DNA of 64,000 nt from contig CAXNJM010000001.1 of the NCBI GenBank assembly GCA_964202895.1, forward strand, positions 909,675 through 973,674, in the 5' to 3' direction. Source of the stretch: Rickettsiales bacterium UBA1997 (lineage in GTDB: Bacteria > Pseudomonadota > Alphaproteobacteria > Rickettsiales > UBA1997). Shown here piece by piece: positions 32,399 through 42,066 of this stretch. Each line of letters starts with the position of its first letter. Position 1 is the first letter of the stretch. The notes under the pieces are model-generated. The model had not been told where the DNA came from. It did not search any database and saw only the letters and a program-made list of their open reading frames with translations. Made by a program: the position numbers and the translations under genes.

Positions 32399-32475
32399 TG
32401 GCGTGTTCGGCGGGAATTGAACCCACAACCCTTGCCTTCGGAAAGCAATACTCTATCCAATTGAGCTACGAACAC
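32399..32475 (-). tRNA. tRNA-Arg(CCG)
   Basis: Acceptor GTGTTCG/CGAACAC, anticodon arm TTGCT-TTCCGAA-GGCAA, encoded CCA. Confidence 0.97.
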
Positions 32476-32541
32476 TTATTGATATAGTTCTAAATATAAA
32501 TTTAAGCTTGAGTAATTTAAGTTAAATTGCTGTTTAAATAA

Positions 32542-33534
32542 TTATTTTCTAAAAATTGTATTATATATCAAGCTTTTTATGTATTGAATATCCTGATCTG
32601 CAAATTCGACTTCAATATCTAGGTAATTGATGATTTTTTGGTAAGATGATGGAAATTTTACCCAATCTTTCTTAGTTGTAATTAGTTGGCAGTTTTGTTC
32701 TTCTGCTTTTGTGATTAATTTTTTAAGCTCTTCGTTGTTGTAATAGTAATGATCGGCAAAGTTTATTTTTTCAATTAATGATAAATTTTGCTTAGTCAAA
32801 AAATTAAAAAATTTATCGGGATAGGCCAATCCACAGAATGCAAGATAATTTTTATTATTATCAAATAGCTCTAAATTCTTGCAAATAGTTTTAGCAAAAA
32901 TAATTTTGCCATGATAATTTTTTTTAATTAAATTTAAATTTTCATCGTTAATTTCATTGATTATAATCACTAAATCAGCCATCGCTAACCCCGATTTAAT
33001 ATTTTGACGAAGTGGGCCAGCGGGAATTAGCTTACAATTTCCAAAGGCTACAAAGCCATCAATTACAATTATTTTAATATCTTTAGATAGATTATTATTT
33101 TGTAGCCCGTCATCAAGAATTATTATTTCTGCTTCTTTCATTTGCTCTATTCTTTTAGCTCCAAAAGCTCTGTTCCTAGCGATAAAAGTTTTTGCTACTT
33201 CGTTAAGTAAAATTGCTTCATCACTAACCTTGGTTAATTGCTTCAATGCCTGATTAACGGATAAAAACTCTTGTTTTTCGCCTTTATAGCCCCTAGTAAG
33301 ATAAACGAATTTTTTGTTGATTAAGTTTTCAATAATTTTGCCAATAGCGATTGCTGTTGGTGTTTTGCCTGAACCGCCTGCAATTAAATTGCCAATACAG
33401 ATAACAGTTTTGTTGATTTTTGTTTTTTTAGTAAAAAAACCATCGATTTTTGTTGCTATTAAATAAACCCAACTTAATGGAATTAATATATAGCTAATTA
33501 TGTTGTTGGAAGACCAGAAGCGAGGAGTTTTCAT
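32542..33534 (-). CDS. lpxK: Tetraacyldisaccharide 4'-kinase
   Basis: MKTPRFW, GNLIAGGSGKTP, DDGLQ, PAGPLR, FADHY, TTKKD. Confidence 0.95.
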   Translation of the reverse strand: MKTPRFWSSNNIISYILIPLSWVYLIATKIDGFFTKKTKINKTVICIGNLIAGGSGKTPTAIAIGKIIENLINKKFVYLTRGYKGEKQEFLSVNQALKQLTKVSDEAILLNEVAKTFIARNRAFGAKRIEQMKEAEIIILDDGLQNNNLSKDIKIIVIDGFVAFGNCKLIPAGPLRQNIKSGLAMADLVIIINEINDENLNLIKKNYHGKIIFAKTICKNLELFDNNKNYLAFCGLAYPDKFFNFLTKQNLSLIEKINFADHYYYNNEELKKLITKAEEQNCQLITTKKDWVKFPSSYQKIINYLDIEVEFADQDIQYIKSLIYNTIFRK

Positions 33535-33645
33535 TATAAAATTAATAGTAAATAACAAAATATATTTTCATTTTTAAAATATATTGTCAATAATTGAAAA
33601 TTGGCTTTTATTTATTTGGGCATAATTTAAACCTCTAATCAGAAA

Positions 33646-34266
33646 ATGAAACTAACAATCTACAATATATTTATGTTGGTTAATGCTGTTTGTTGGGCCA
33701 TAACTTATCTTTTAATTATAAAGGCAAATTTTAGTTATAAAAAATGTGTGATGCCAACTTTTTCTCTTGCTACTAACATAAGCTGGGAAGCGATATTTTC
33801 TTTTGTTTATCCTCATCGAGTTCCGCAGATTTATTTTGATTATATTTGGCTTGCTCTAGATATTGTTATTTTTATGCAATTATTATTTTTTAAGCAAACA
33901 AATAAAGTAAATTTATTCTTGCTGTTGTTTTTGAGCTTTATATTCATCATTTTTGGTGTTTATAGTGGCGATAAATGGGGAATATATAGTGCTTTAATAA
34001 CAAATTTAATAATGTCGATTTTATTTATATTAGAGATATTTAAAAACAGGTCTGAGGGTCACTCTTTAGCAATTGGCTTGGCTAAAATGTTAGGAACAGC
34101 AATTGGATGTATCGCTATTATTTTTTATATTCCGCAAATGCAAAACTTATTTACGATAGTAATATTTATAGCCATTTTAATATTTGATTTTATTTATTGT
34201 ATGATGTTGGCTAAGTGTGTTAGAATATCGAATTTTTGCTTTCCACAACTATTTATAAAAAACTAG
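33646..34266 (+). CDS. PaxB/Pyr4-like integral-membrane terpene cyclase homologue
   Basis: CWAITYLLII, MPTFSLATNISWE, WLALD, C-terminal IFDFIY; multiple hydrophobic helices in 206 aa. Confidence 0.7.
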   Translation: MKLTIYNIFMLVNAVCWAITYLLIIKANFSYKKCVMPTFSLATNISWEAIFSFVYPHRVPQIYFDYIWLALDIVIFMQLLFFKQTNKVNLFLLLFLSFIFIIFGVYSGDKWGIYSALITNLIMSILFILEIFKNRSEGHSLAIGLAKMLGTAIGCIAIIFYIPQMQNLFTIVIFIAILIFDFIYCMMLAKCVRISNFCFPQLFIKN

Positions 34267-35364
34267 ATTTACAATATCGTTAATGGTTGTAAAAATCATT
34301 AAGCTAATTAAAATTGCGAAACCAATGCGGAAGGCGATTTCTTGTACCTTTACATTAATTGGTCTACCAATAATTGCCTCTATCAAATAAAACAATAAAT
34401 GCCCGCCATCAAGCATTGGAATTGGCAATAGGTTCATTACCCCAAGATTAATTGATATCATTGCTCCAAACCACAAAACCATCATTATGCCGAGTTCAAT
34501 GGTTTTTCCTGAGTATTGTGCTATTTTTACTGGCCCGCCCAATTCTTTGATTGATCTTTTGCCAATTAATAATTCTTTTAAAGTTTTTAGAATAGTGTTT
34601 GAAATTTGCCAAGTTTCAATATTTGCTTTAGCAAAAGATTGAAAAATATTCAATTCATGATGTTGAATGTCGGTAGCAATGACCCCGATTGTTGGTAATT
34701 TCATTTTTTCTTTAAAGATATTTTCAACTTCAACTAATTCTGGAGTTAAATTAAAATTTAATTTTTGTTCATCTCTAATTGCCGTTATTGATATTTCGCT
34801 AGTTCCTGCTTCAATTATTGCAATTCTTAACTCATCAAAATCGTTAATTTTTTTATTATTGATGCTAATAATTTGATCGCCTTTTTTTAATTCCGCTAGT
34901 TCTGCTGGGCTGTTGGGTTTTATATCGCTAATTTTATTGGCAACAACATTATGCCCGCGAATATTGAAAATAAAGGTTAGAATGATTATTGCTAAGATGA
35001 AATTGGCAATTGGGCCCGCTGAAACAATTGCTATTCTTTGATAAACATTTTTAAAAACAAAGCTTTGTTTTTTTTCTGCCTCCGACATTTTATTAAATGC
35101 TGTAAAATTAGGCTTTGAAGCGGGGTTAGCATCGCCAAACATTTTAACATATCCACCGAAAGGCAACCAGCAAAATTTCCACCTAGTGTTATAGCGATCA
35201 TAAAAGCCAAAAATTTCCTTACCAAAACCGATTGAAAATTCTTCGATCTTAACTTTACAGGCTCTGGCAACAATAAAATGCCCGAATTCGTGAATAAAAA
35301 CAATTGCCGACATAATGATGATGAAGGCAAATAAATTTTGAATTATGATATTGATAATTGACAT
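34249..35364 (-). CDS. rseP: RIP metalloprotease
   Basis: HEFGH, GGYVKM, AGPIANF, PDZ domain, NLLPIPMLDGG. Confidence 0.95.
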   Translation of the reverse strand: MSIINIIIQNLFAFIIIMSAIVFIHEFGHFIVARACKVKIEEFSIGFGKEIFGFYDRYNTRWKFCWLPFGGYVKMFGDANPASKPNFTAFNKMSEAEKKQSFVFKNVYQRIAIVSAGPIANFILAIIILTFIFNIRGHNVVANKISDIKPNSPAELAELKKGDQIISINNKKINDFDELRIAIIEAGTSEISITAIRDEQKLNFNLTPELVEVENIFKEKMKLPTIGVIATDIQHHELNIFQSFAKANIETWQISNTILKTLKELLIGKRSIKELGGPVKIAQYSGKTIELGIMMVLWFGAMISINLGVMNLLPIPMLDGGHLLFYLIEAIIGRPINVKVQEIAFRIGFAILISLMIFTTINDIVNLVFYK

Positions 35365-35367
35365 TTT

Positions 35368-36525
35368 TTAAAATATTGAGTTGGCGATTGTTCTTGCTTG
35401 CTTATCGCAAGCGATTATTTCTTCAATTGTTGATAGCTTGCGATGATTAATTTGGTTGAGGCTTTTTTCAATAATGGTAGTGATTTTATCAAAGGTAATT
35501 TCTTTGTTTAAAAATTTATTAACCGCCACTTCGTTCGCTCCATTTAAAACAACTAAGGCGCTGCCTTCTGTTTCTAGGGCTTGCATGCATAATTTTACAG
35601 CAGGAAACTGCAAATAATCAACTTCAAAAAATTCAAGTTTATTGATTTTTGCTAGGTCAAATTTTTTAATCAATTGATATTGGTATAAATCGAGCCTCTT
35701 AGGAAATTCAAGAGCATAGGAAATTGGGGTTTTCATATCGGGGTAGCTAAGCATTGCAAGGCTAGAGCCATCTTTATATTCCACCATGCCGTGAATAATT
35801 GATTGTGGATGAATTAAGATTTTTAATTGTGATTTTGCAACAGGAAATAGGCGGTAGGCTTCTATCATTTCTAGGCCTTTATTCATCATTGTGGCACAAT
35901 CAATTGATATTTTTGCCCCCATTTGCCAATTAGGATGTTTTAATGCCTCTTCAATTGTGATATTTTCAGGGTCTTTTTGATTGCGAAAAAACGGCCCTCC
36001 AGAGGCGGTAATGGTGATTTTTTCGATGTTGTTAAGGTTGTTTTGTTCGAAGATTTGGAAAATCGCATTATGCTCAGAATCAATTGGCAGTAGGTTTATT
36101 TTTGATTTTTTAACTTCTTCCATAATGATATCGCCAGCAACAACTAAAGATTCCTTATTGGCAATGGCAATGTTAGAGCCTGCTTTAATGGCATTTAAAG
36201 TTGGTAAAACCCCCGCAGAGCCAACAATTGCTGAAAATAAAATATCGCATTTAATTTTTGCAATTTCGTTAATTGATTCCGTTCCCGACATTACCTGACA
36301 ATTATTGATTTGCGATAATGAATCTTTAACAATTTGATAATATTTTTTATTTTCAATTACTACAAATAAAGGCTTTAATATCAAGGCTTGAGAAATTAAT
36401 TCTTGAAAATTTTCTTTTGCTGTTAGGGCGATAATTTGATATTTTTCTAATTCTACCTTGATAATTTCAACAACATTTTTGCCAATTGAACCTGTCGAGC
36501 CTAGAATCGTGATGGTTTTTGCCAT
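35368..36525 (-). CDS. dxr: 1-deoxy-D-xylulose-5-phosphate reductoisomerase
   Basis: LGSTGSIG, ANKESL, DSEHNAIFQ, HPNWQMGAKI, NKGLE. Confidence 0.97.
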   Translation of the reverse strand: MAKTITILGSTGSIGKNVVEIIKVELEKYQIIALTAKENFQELISQALILKPLFVVIENKKYYQIVKDSLSQINNCQVMSGTESINEIAKIKCDILFSAIVGSAGVLPTLNAIKAGSNIAIANKESLVVAGDIIMEEVKKSKINLLPIDSEHNAIFQIFEQNNLNNIEKITITASGGPFFRNQKDPENITIEEALKHPNWQMGAKISIDCATMMNKGLEMIEAYRLFPVAKSQLKILIHPQSIIHGMVEYKDGSSLAMLSYPDMKTPISYALEFPKRLDLYQYQLIKKFDLAKINKLEFFEVDYLQFPAVKLCMQALETEGSALVVLNGANEVAVNKFLNKEITFDKITTIIEKSLNQINHRKLSTIEEIIACDKQARTIANSIF

Positions 36526-36942
36526 TTATTGATTATTTTGATTTTTTGATTTTATTTTATTTGCCTCTTCGGCGATTATTTTTTCAATATTTTGTAGATT
36601 ATCGTGACCTTTATCAATTAAAAATTGAATTTCTGGAACGGTTTTTAATTCAATTTTTTTTGCTAGTTGATGTCTGAAAACAGGAGACATCTGGTTTAAT
36701 TGTTTAATAAGATCTTTTTCAATTTTAGTAAAATAAGCTTCATTATGGTCGGTTTCATTTTTTTGAGTTAAATGAAAAATATCAATGTAAATTTTAGCAT
36801 TTTTTGCATCTGGGCTGACATCTGCCTCGGTGATTGTGATATAACAGTTTTTGGCGGTTGTGATATCGTTTCTTATAAAAATATCGGTCAATATTCTTTT
36901 AATATTCTCGCCTATTTGTAGCTGTCTTTGAGTTTTATTCAT
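36526..36942 (-). CDS. rbfA: Ribosome-binding factor A
   Basis: RQLQIGENI, ITEADVSPDAKNAKIY, VPEIQF. Confidence 0.9.
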   Translation of the reverse strand: MNKTQRQLQIGENIKRILTDIFIRNDITTAKNCYITITEADVSPDAKNAKIYIDIFHLTQKNETDHNEAYFTKIEKDLIKQLNQMSPVFRHQLAKKIELKTVPEIQFLIDKGHDNLQNIEKIIAEEANKIKSKNQNNQ

Positions 36943-37080
36943 AATGAAATTGAAAATGATTTAAATGATTAAATTTAATGATATAATTTTTCATCTGTCA
37001 AGAATTTACCTTAATTATCCCGCATCAATAAAAATCGCTTTGCTATGTTGTTATTTCTTATTTATGGATTTCTTCTTAAC

Positions 37081-37141
37081 GGCAATAGGGGGGATAAAGC
37101 TTCTTGTGTTAATGATTGTAACATAATTTCACCACAAGAGG
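37081..37141 (+). repeat. REP-like dispersed element, copy 3
   Basis: GGCAATAGGGG...CTTGT...ATGATTG...ATAATTTCACCACAAGAGG, collinear with 13675-13738. Confidence 0.65.
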
Positions 37142-37157
37142 TAAAAAACCTGTTGGC

Positions 37158-37178
37158 GAAATGAAGGGAATTATAAAT
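37158..37178 (+). repeat. 21-bp direct repeat, left copy
   Basis: GAAATGAAGGGAATTATAAAT, identical to 39691-39711; overlaps the fic stop codon. Confidence 0.9.
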
Positions 37179-37776
37179 TTTCGGTTATAAATTCGCTGTA
37201 GCCTTCATAATAGTAGCTAATATCAATGCCCTTCATAAATAATTCGCGATCGTTGATTTTATTGGTAAGGGCTTGATGCAAGATCTGTTTTATTTCTATA
37301 TCCTTGATGATGCTTCTTTCCATTGATGAAAGATAATTTTCTTTATCAACTAAATTCCAGTCAATTACCTGTTGCAATTCTTTCTTTAAGATTAGATCGA
37401 GCCATATTCTTGTAGCTCTGCCATTGCCTTCGCAAAAAGGATGAGCAACATTTATTTCAACATATTTTTCGATAATTTTGTCAAAATTATTTTGAGGCAT
37501 TTTGTCAATATAATCAAGGGATTGCGATAAATACATTAACGGAGCAAAGCGGAAGCTTCCTTTAGCGATATTGACATCTCTAATATTGCCAGCAAATTCG
37601 TAAATATCGCTAAATAAATAGGCATGGATTTCTGCCAAACCTTTAAAAGTGCCAATTTCAATTTGATTAATATCGCCACTTTCAAAAAGCTGTTTTGCTT
37701 TTTGTTTGCTAATTTTTTCCTCGGCTTTGTTTAGCTCAATCTGGTTGGTAATATTTAATTTATTTGCTAAGACCAT
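37171..37776 (-). CDS. fic: Class III Fic protein (NmFic-like AMPylase)
   Basis: HPFCEGNGRATR Fic motif; C-terminal inhibitory SYYYEG. Confidence 0.92.
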   Translation of the reverse strand: MVLANKLNITNQIELNKAEEKISKQKAKQLFESGDINQIEIGTFKGLAEIHAYLFSDIYEFAGNIRDVNIAKGSFRFAPLMYLSQSLDYIDKMPQNNFDKIIEKYVEINVAHPFCEGNGRATRIWLDLILKKELQQVIDWNLVDKENYLSSMERSIIKDIEIKQILHQALTNKINDRELFMKGIDISYYYEGYSEFITENL

Positions 37777-37801
37777 ATTATTTATTTATTGCTTTAAGGG
37801 G

Positions 37802-39649
37802 CTATTTTGCTAGAGAATTGACTTTATCTTCTTGAAAAGGATCTCTGCTTAAATAATCTTTATAATCTTGTTTTTCAATATATTTCTGCTTTATTAGCTC
37901 TTTGGAAACATCGGAAATGTTAATTTTCGCAAATTTTTTCGCGGTTGCTTTTGAAAGTGTGTCTTTAAAAAATTCTCCAAGCTTTTTTGTTAATTTCTCT
38001 TGTATTTCAATAAGCGCTTCAGAGCAAGCTTTTTGTGATTTGGGAGCAATCTTTTTCAATCTCAATTCAAAGTCGCTTGATAAAAACTTGTTAGATTTTT
38101 CTATTAATTCTTCAGAAGCATCGTAAATCGAGATTTGCATAAGTTTTTTTGTGATTGCCTCTGAAAAAGCATCTTTAAAAAATGCTCTAAGTTCTATTTT
38201 TAATTCATCTTCTATTCTAGAAAATGCATCATAAAAATCTTCTTTGCCTAGATCCCAGCCACCAATAAAAATAACTCTATTAATGATTTCCTCGAGGAGA
38301 TCGGCAAAATCAGTATTGAAAACAGTATTGCAAAAAGCAATATCATCATCTGTTAATATATTTTCAAGCAATTGCCAAACAGCTCCTTTGGCATTATTGA
38401 GTGCATTATATTCTTGTGGGTCAAAAATGCTGAAAATAGTCATTGCGAGCAATTTGGCACGGGCTTTATTAGCATCAATTTTATCGCCAAATTTAAGTCT
38501 TTTAATAAATCTATATTGCTCGCAAATATTGTTACCAATTCTTTTGTCAACTACTGCATTCTTGCAAAGAATTTCTAGCACTTTTTCTAGTTCATCTTTT
38601 TCTGCTGAATTGATTGTTTTTTCTTTGGTGATGAGCTCTAGCATTTCTTCTTTGGCGGTATGATTATTGCTAAATTTTAACACAGGAATGATAACATCAA
38701 AAAATTTGCAAATATCATTTACTGATTTTTGTGGATCCTTGTCTTGATTGTCTGGTTTTGAGTAATTAGCTGGTGCAAAAAGCCCTGAATTCAAGGCATA
38801 AAGAAAGGGTAGTGTTTTATTTTTTAATCGATAATTAATTATTAGAGAAATTTCTCGCAAAGCAGTGAATATTTCAATTTCATTGAAGCGGTCAAGGTCT
38901 TCCACTATTACAACATAATCTTTTTTGGCAATTTCCTCTAAAATAAAAATAATTTGTGCAAGATGTCTATAAAAAGGATTTTTTGATATTTCTAAATCGA
39001 CATTTGGGGCTTTAAGGTTGATTTTACTAAAACCAAGGTTTTTTAAAAAAATAAAAAAATTGATTAATTGCCAAAATATTAGCAAAAAACAACCAAGCAA
39101 GACTATATAAAAACTAATTTTAGTATAGTTACCAAGTAAGACTATATCAAGATTAATTTTATTAAAAGCAATAAAGGCAAAAACAAGCGAAAATAAAAAT
39201 GCAGAAAACCCTTGCAGTATCTTGCTGGGTTTATATACAGACTGTAAAATAGAATTAGGAACAGCAACTTTTGCTTGCCAAAACAACAATTCAAGGATCT
39301 TCTCTTTTATTGTGTTTGTTTCGTTTTCTGTGTTTGTTTTATCTGGATTTAATTCAATTTTAGCCAGCGAAAGGCGAATGACCTTTTGCTTATCATTATC
39401 GTCAAGAAAATTTTCAATGATTGTGCTTTTACCTGAAGCATAATCGCCAATTAAGCCAATATTATAGATTTTAGGGTCCGATAAAGCCTTTTTAATGTAG
39501 TCTACATAATGCTGGTTTGGGCTATTGATACTGCCCTCGGTGTTTGGACCTAATCGAAGAATTTCTGGAAGAGTATCTGGGGTTTTAGTGTTGGAACCTT
39601 TGCCAGAGCAAAAAAAGCTTGATATTTTAGTGATAAATAATTTAGTCAA
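37802..39649 (-). CDS. YobI/KAP-like P-loop NTPase with two TM helices
   Basis: Walker A GDYASGKST, two hydrophobic segments, Walker B VIVEDLDRF, KFFDVIIP. Confidence 0.8.
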   Translation of the reverse strand: MTKLFITKISSFFCSGKGSNTKTPDTLPEILRLGPNTEGSINSPNQHYVDYIKKALSDPKIYNIGLIGDYASGKSTIIENFLDDNDKQKVIRLSLAKIELNPDKTNTENETNTIKEKILELLFWQAKVAVPNSILQSVYKPSKILQGFSAFLFSLVFAFIAFNKINLDIVLLGNYTKISFYIVLLGCFLLIFWQLINFFIFLKNLGFSKINLKAPNVDLEISKNPFYRHLAQIIFILEEIAKKDYVVIVEDLDRFNEIEIFTALREISLIINYRLKNKTLPFLYALNSGLFAPANYSKPDNQDKDPQKSVNDICKFFDVIIPVLKFSNNHTAKEEMLELITKEKTINSAEKDELEKVLEILCKNAVVDKRIGNNICEQYRFIKRLKFGDKIDANKARAKLLAMTIFSIFDPQEYNALNNAKGAVWQLLENILTDDDIAFCNTVFNTDFADLLEEIINRVIFIGGWDLGKEDFYDAFSRIEDELKIELRAFFKDAFSEAITKKLMQISIYDASEELIEKSNKFLSSDFELRLKKIAPKSQKACSEALIEIQEKLTKKLGEFFKDTLSKATAKKFAKINISDVSKELIKQKYIEKQDYKDYLSRDPFQEDKVNSLAK

Positions 39650-39690
39650 TTTTATTAATAATAAATTAAAGGGTTTCTCCGCTTGTTGCT

Positions 39691-39711
39691 GAAATGAAGG
39701 GAATTATAAAT
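39691..39711 (+). repeat. 21-bp direct repeat, right copy
   Basis: Identical to 37158-37178. Confidence 0.9.
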
Positions 39712-40050
39712 CGACCTTATTCTATTTATTTCCCCCGAGTTTCCTCTGAGTTTTTTATGAGTTTCCTTTGGGTTTTTTTTGAAAAAGATCTTCGGCTAAT
39801 TTTAGATCTAAATATTGCATTTGCAATAGATAGGTTGACTATTATTTATGATATTTATAAGTTTTCTCCTAATCGCAAGAAGGGGCTAAAGCCTACAGAA
39901 TAAAGCGGTGAAGATATATTCGGAAAGCTCATCGTAAATACACTTCTTTCTGGGAGTTGATTTAATAATTCTAAATGGGCTCTTTACATTATAATTCTTA
40001 ATTACTATATTGCCTTGAGATTATAATAATATTTTAATATCATTTTGATT

Positions 40051-42017
40051 ATGCAAAGCTACGGAATTATATCTTTCTTAAAAAAAATTCTTCAGCGAGA
40101 GTCTTCTCTTTTTTGGACGAGTATTATCTATGAGTTTCGTTCAGCTTTCTTTCGCTCGCCGTTCCCCTTTCAGTGCAATTTTTAATTAATTCGGTTTCTT
40201 TTACAGCAATAATGCGACCTGCAATTGTTTTAGGGTTGGTATTGTTGGTTTTGTTGATATTTTGAGGTGCATTAAGTGCATTGCAATTTTTTGTAACAGA
40301 AGTTTTTCAATGTCGTTTCTTTGCTAGGATTGCATCAGAAGTTACAATTTTATTATTAAAATCAAGGGAAGAGTCTAAAGAAAAAGCGGTGGCGGTAAAT
40401 TATTTTTTTGAAACTGTGACGATTCAGAAAATTATTCCAAAATTTCTAACAACAACTTTTTCTACAGTTTTGCAGGGCTTAATTGGCTTGATTTTAATTA
40501 GTTTTTATCATCCTCTATTTTTTATATTTAGTATTTTTATTTCAGTTGCTATTTGGTTAATTTGGCATTGTTTTTATATGAAGGCGATTACTAACTCGCT
40601 AACAAAAAGCCAAGCCAAATATGAAATTGTTAAATCTTTTGAGAAAATAACTCAAAATTCATCAATAAATAATCTCGAGCATATAGCAGAAATAAATTCT
40701 TTAACGGGTGATTATTTAAAAAGCCGTAAATTAAGGTTCCGAAGCCTTTTTTCGCAAGTAATTTTATTATTCATACTTTATGCAATTGCAAGTGTCGCCT
40801 TATTATTGATTGGTGGATTCCTAATTCTCAAGGGTCAGTTAACGATTGGGCAATTAGTCGCTGCGGAGCTTATTTTATCGGCTATTTTATATAATTTTTC
40901 GCAATTGGGCAGAGATCTAGAAAGTTTCTACGATCTAGTCGCTTCTTGTCAAAAATTATCAAAATTTTATAATTTTTCTTTGCAAAAAAAAGATTTTGAG
41001 TTATTTACTAGTCTCAATGAAATCAAGATTCCTCGACCATTTAAGGCTTTGCCAAGAATAATGATAGTTTTTCTAATTTTGATAGTGGGAATTTTATTTT
41101 TTACCCCTTGGCAACAAACATCTAAAGGCTTTGGCTATATTATTGCAAGCGATCCAAATGATAGAGCTCAAAATATCAGTGCTCCAATTAGTGGTAGAAT
41201 TAAAAAATGGTATGTAAAAGACGGTGCAAAAGTTAAAAAAGACGATAAATTAGTTGAAATAGTTGACAATGATCCATTAATTATCGAAAGAATTAAGTTA
41301 GAAAGAGATGCTAAAAGAAGAAAGTTGCAAGTTAGTAAAATAGCCTCCCAAACTGCTAAAATAAACTACCAGAGACAAGAAGATCTTCTTGATAAAGGCC
41401 TAAGTTCTCGTCGCGATTTTGAAGAGGCAAAAATTGAATATAAAAAATTATTGGTTGCTGAAGAATCTGTCGCATCCGAACTTGCAGAATCAGAAACTAA
41501 GCTATCCCACCAAGAAAATCAAATAATTTTTGCTCCAAAAGATGGAATAGTTTTAAAGGTTTTAGCGGGAGACTCTGCTACGGTTATTAAATCTGGCGAT
41601 AAATTGGCAACATTCGCCCCAATTTTAGACGGCCCAATGGTTGAAATATATGTTTCTGGCAATGATATACCGCTTGTTAAAGAGGGAAGAAAAGTCCGTT
41701 TGCAATTTGAGGGCTGGCCAATTATTCAATTTAGCGGTTGGCCTTCAATAGCGGTTGGAACCTTTGGTGGCGTGGTTTCTTCGGTTGATTCTTCGATTTC
41801 TGAAAATGGTAAATTTCGTGTAATTGTGAAAAAAGATAAAAACGAACAATGGCCAGATGAAAGATACCTAAGGCACGGAGCAAAAACAAAGGCTTGGATA
41901 TTGTTAAATAATGTAAGTTTAGGCTATGAATTTTGGCGACAATTAAACAGCTTTCCTCCTAGCTTTGAAAGTGAAGTGAAGGCAGATTCTGTAAGTAATA
42001 CCAAATCCCATCTTTAA
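40051..42017 (+). pseudogene. Disrupted ABC-exporter TMD fused in frame to HlyD-family membrane fusion protein
   Basis: ATG 40051; apparent 1-nt deletion near 40132 (TAT GA GTT); in-frame TGA 40263-40265; TMD ends without an NBD and runs into QKKDFE...TPWQQTSKGFG (MFP). Confidence 0.75.
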
Positions 42018-42066
42018 TATTTTTTAAAACTTTAAAATTGGATTTGTTATAATATTAAGCATTCAA

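Noticed and set aside
37113-37141. dif/pdif site (TTATGTTACAA on the minus strand; similar at ~16430)
   Set aside because: Only a partial XerD arm, with no XerC arm at 6-bp spacing
39694-39903. 69-aa ORF starting inside the right direct repeat
   Set aside because: No motif; it begins within the repeat and crosses degenerate sequence, probably remnant DNA
40263-40265. TGA-to-Trp recoding (genetic code 4)
   Set aside because: Trp is TGG throughout conserved genes, TGA ends the ABC gene at its expected C-terminus (24279), and this gene also has a frameshift
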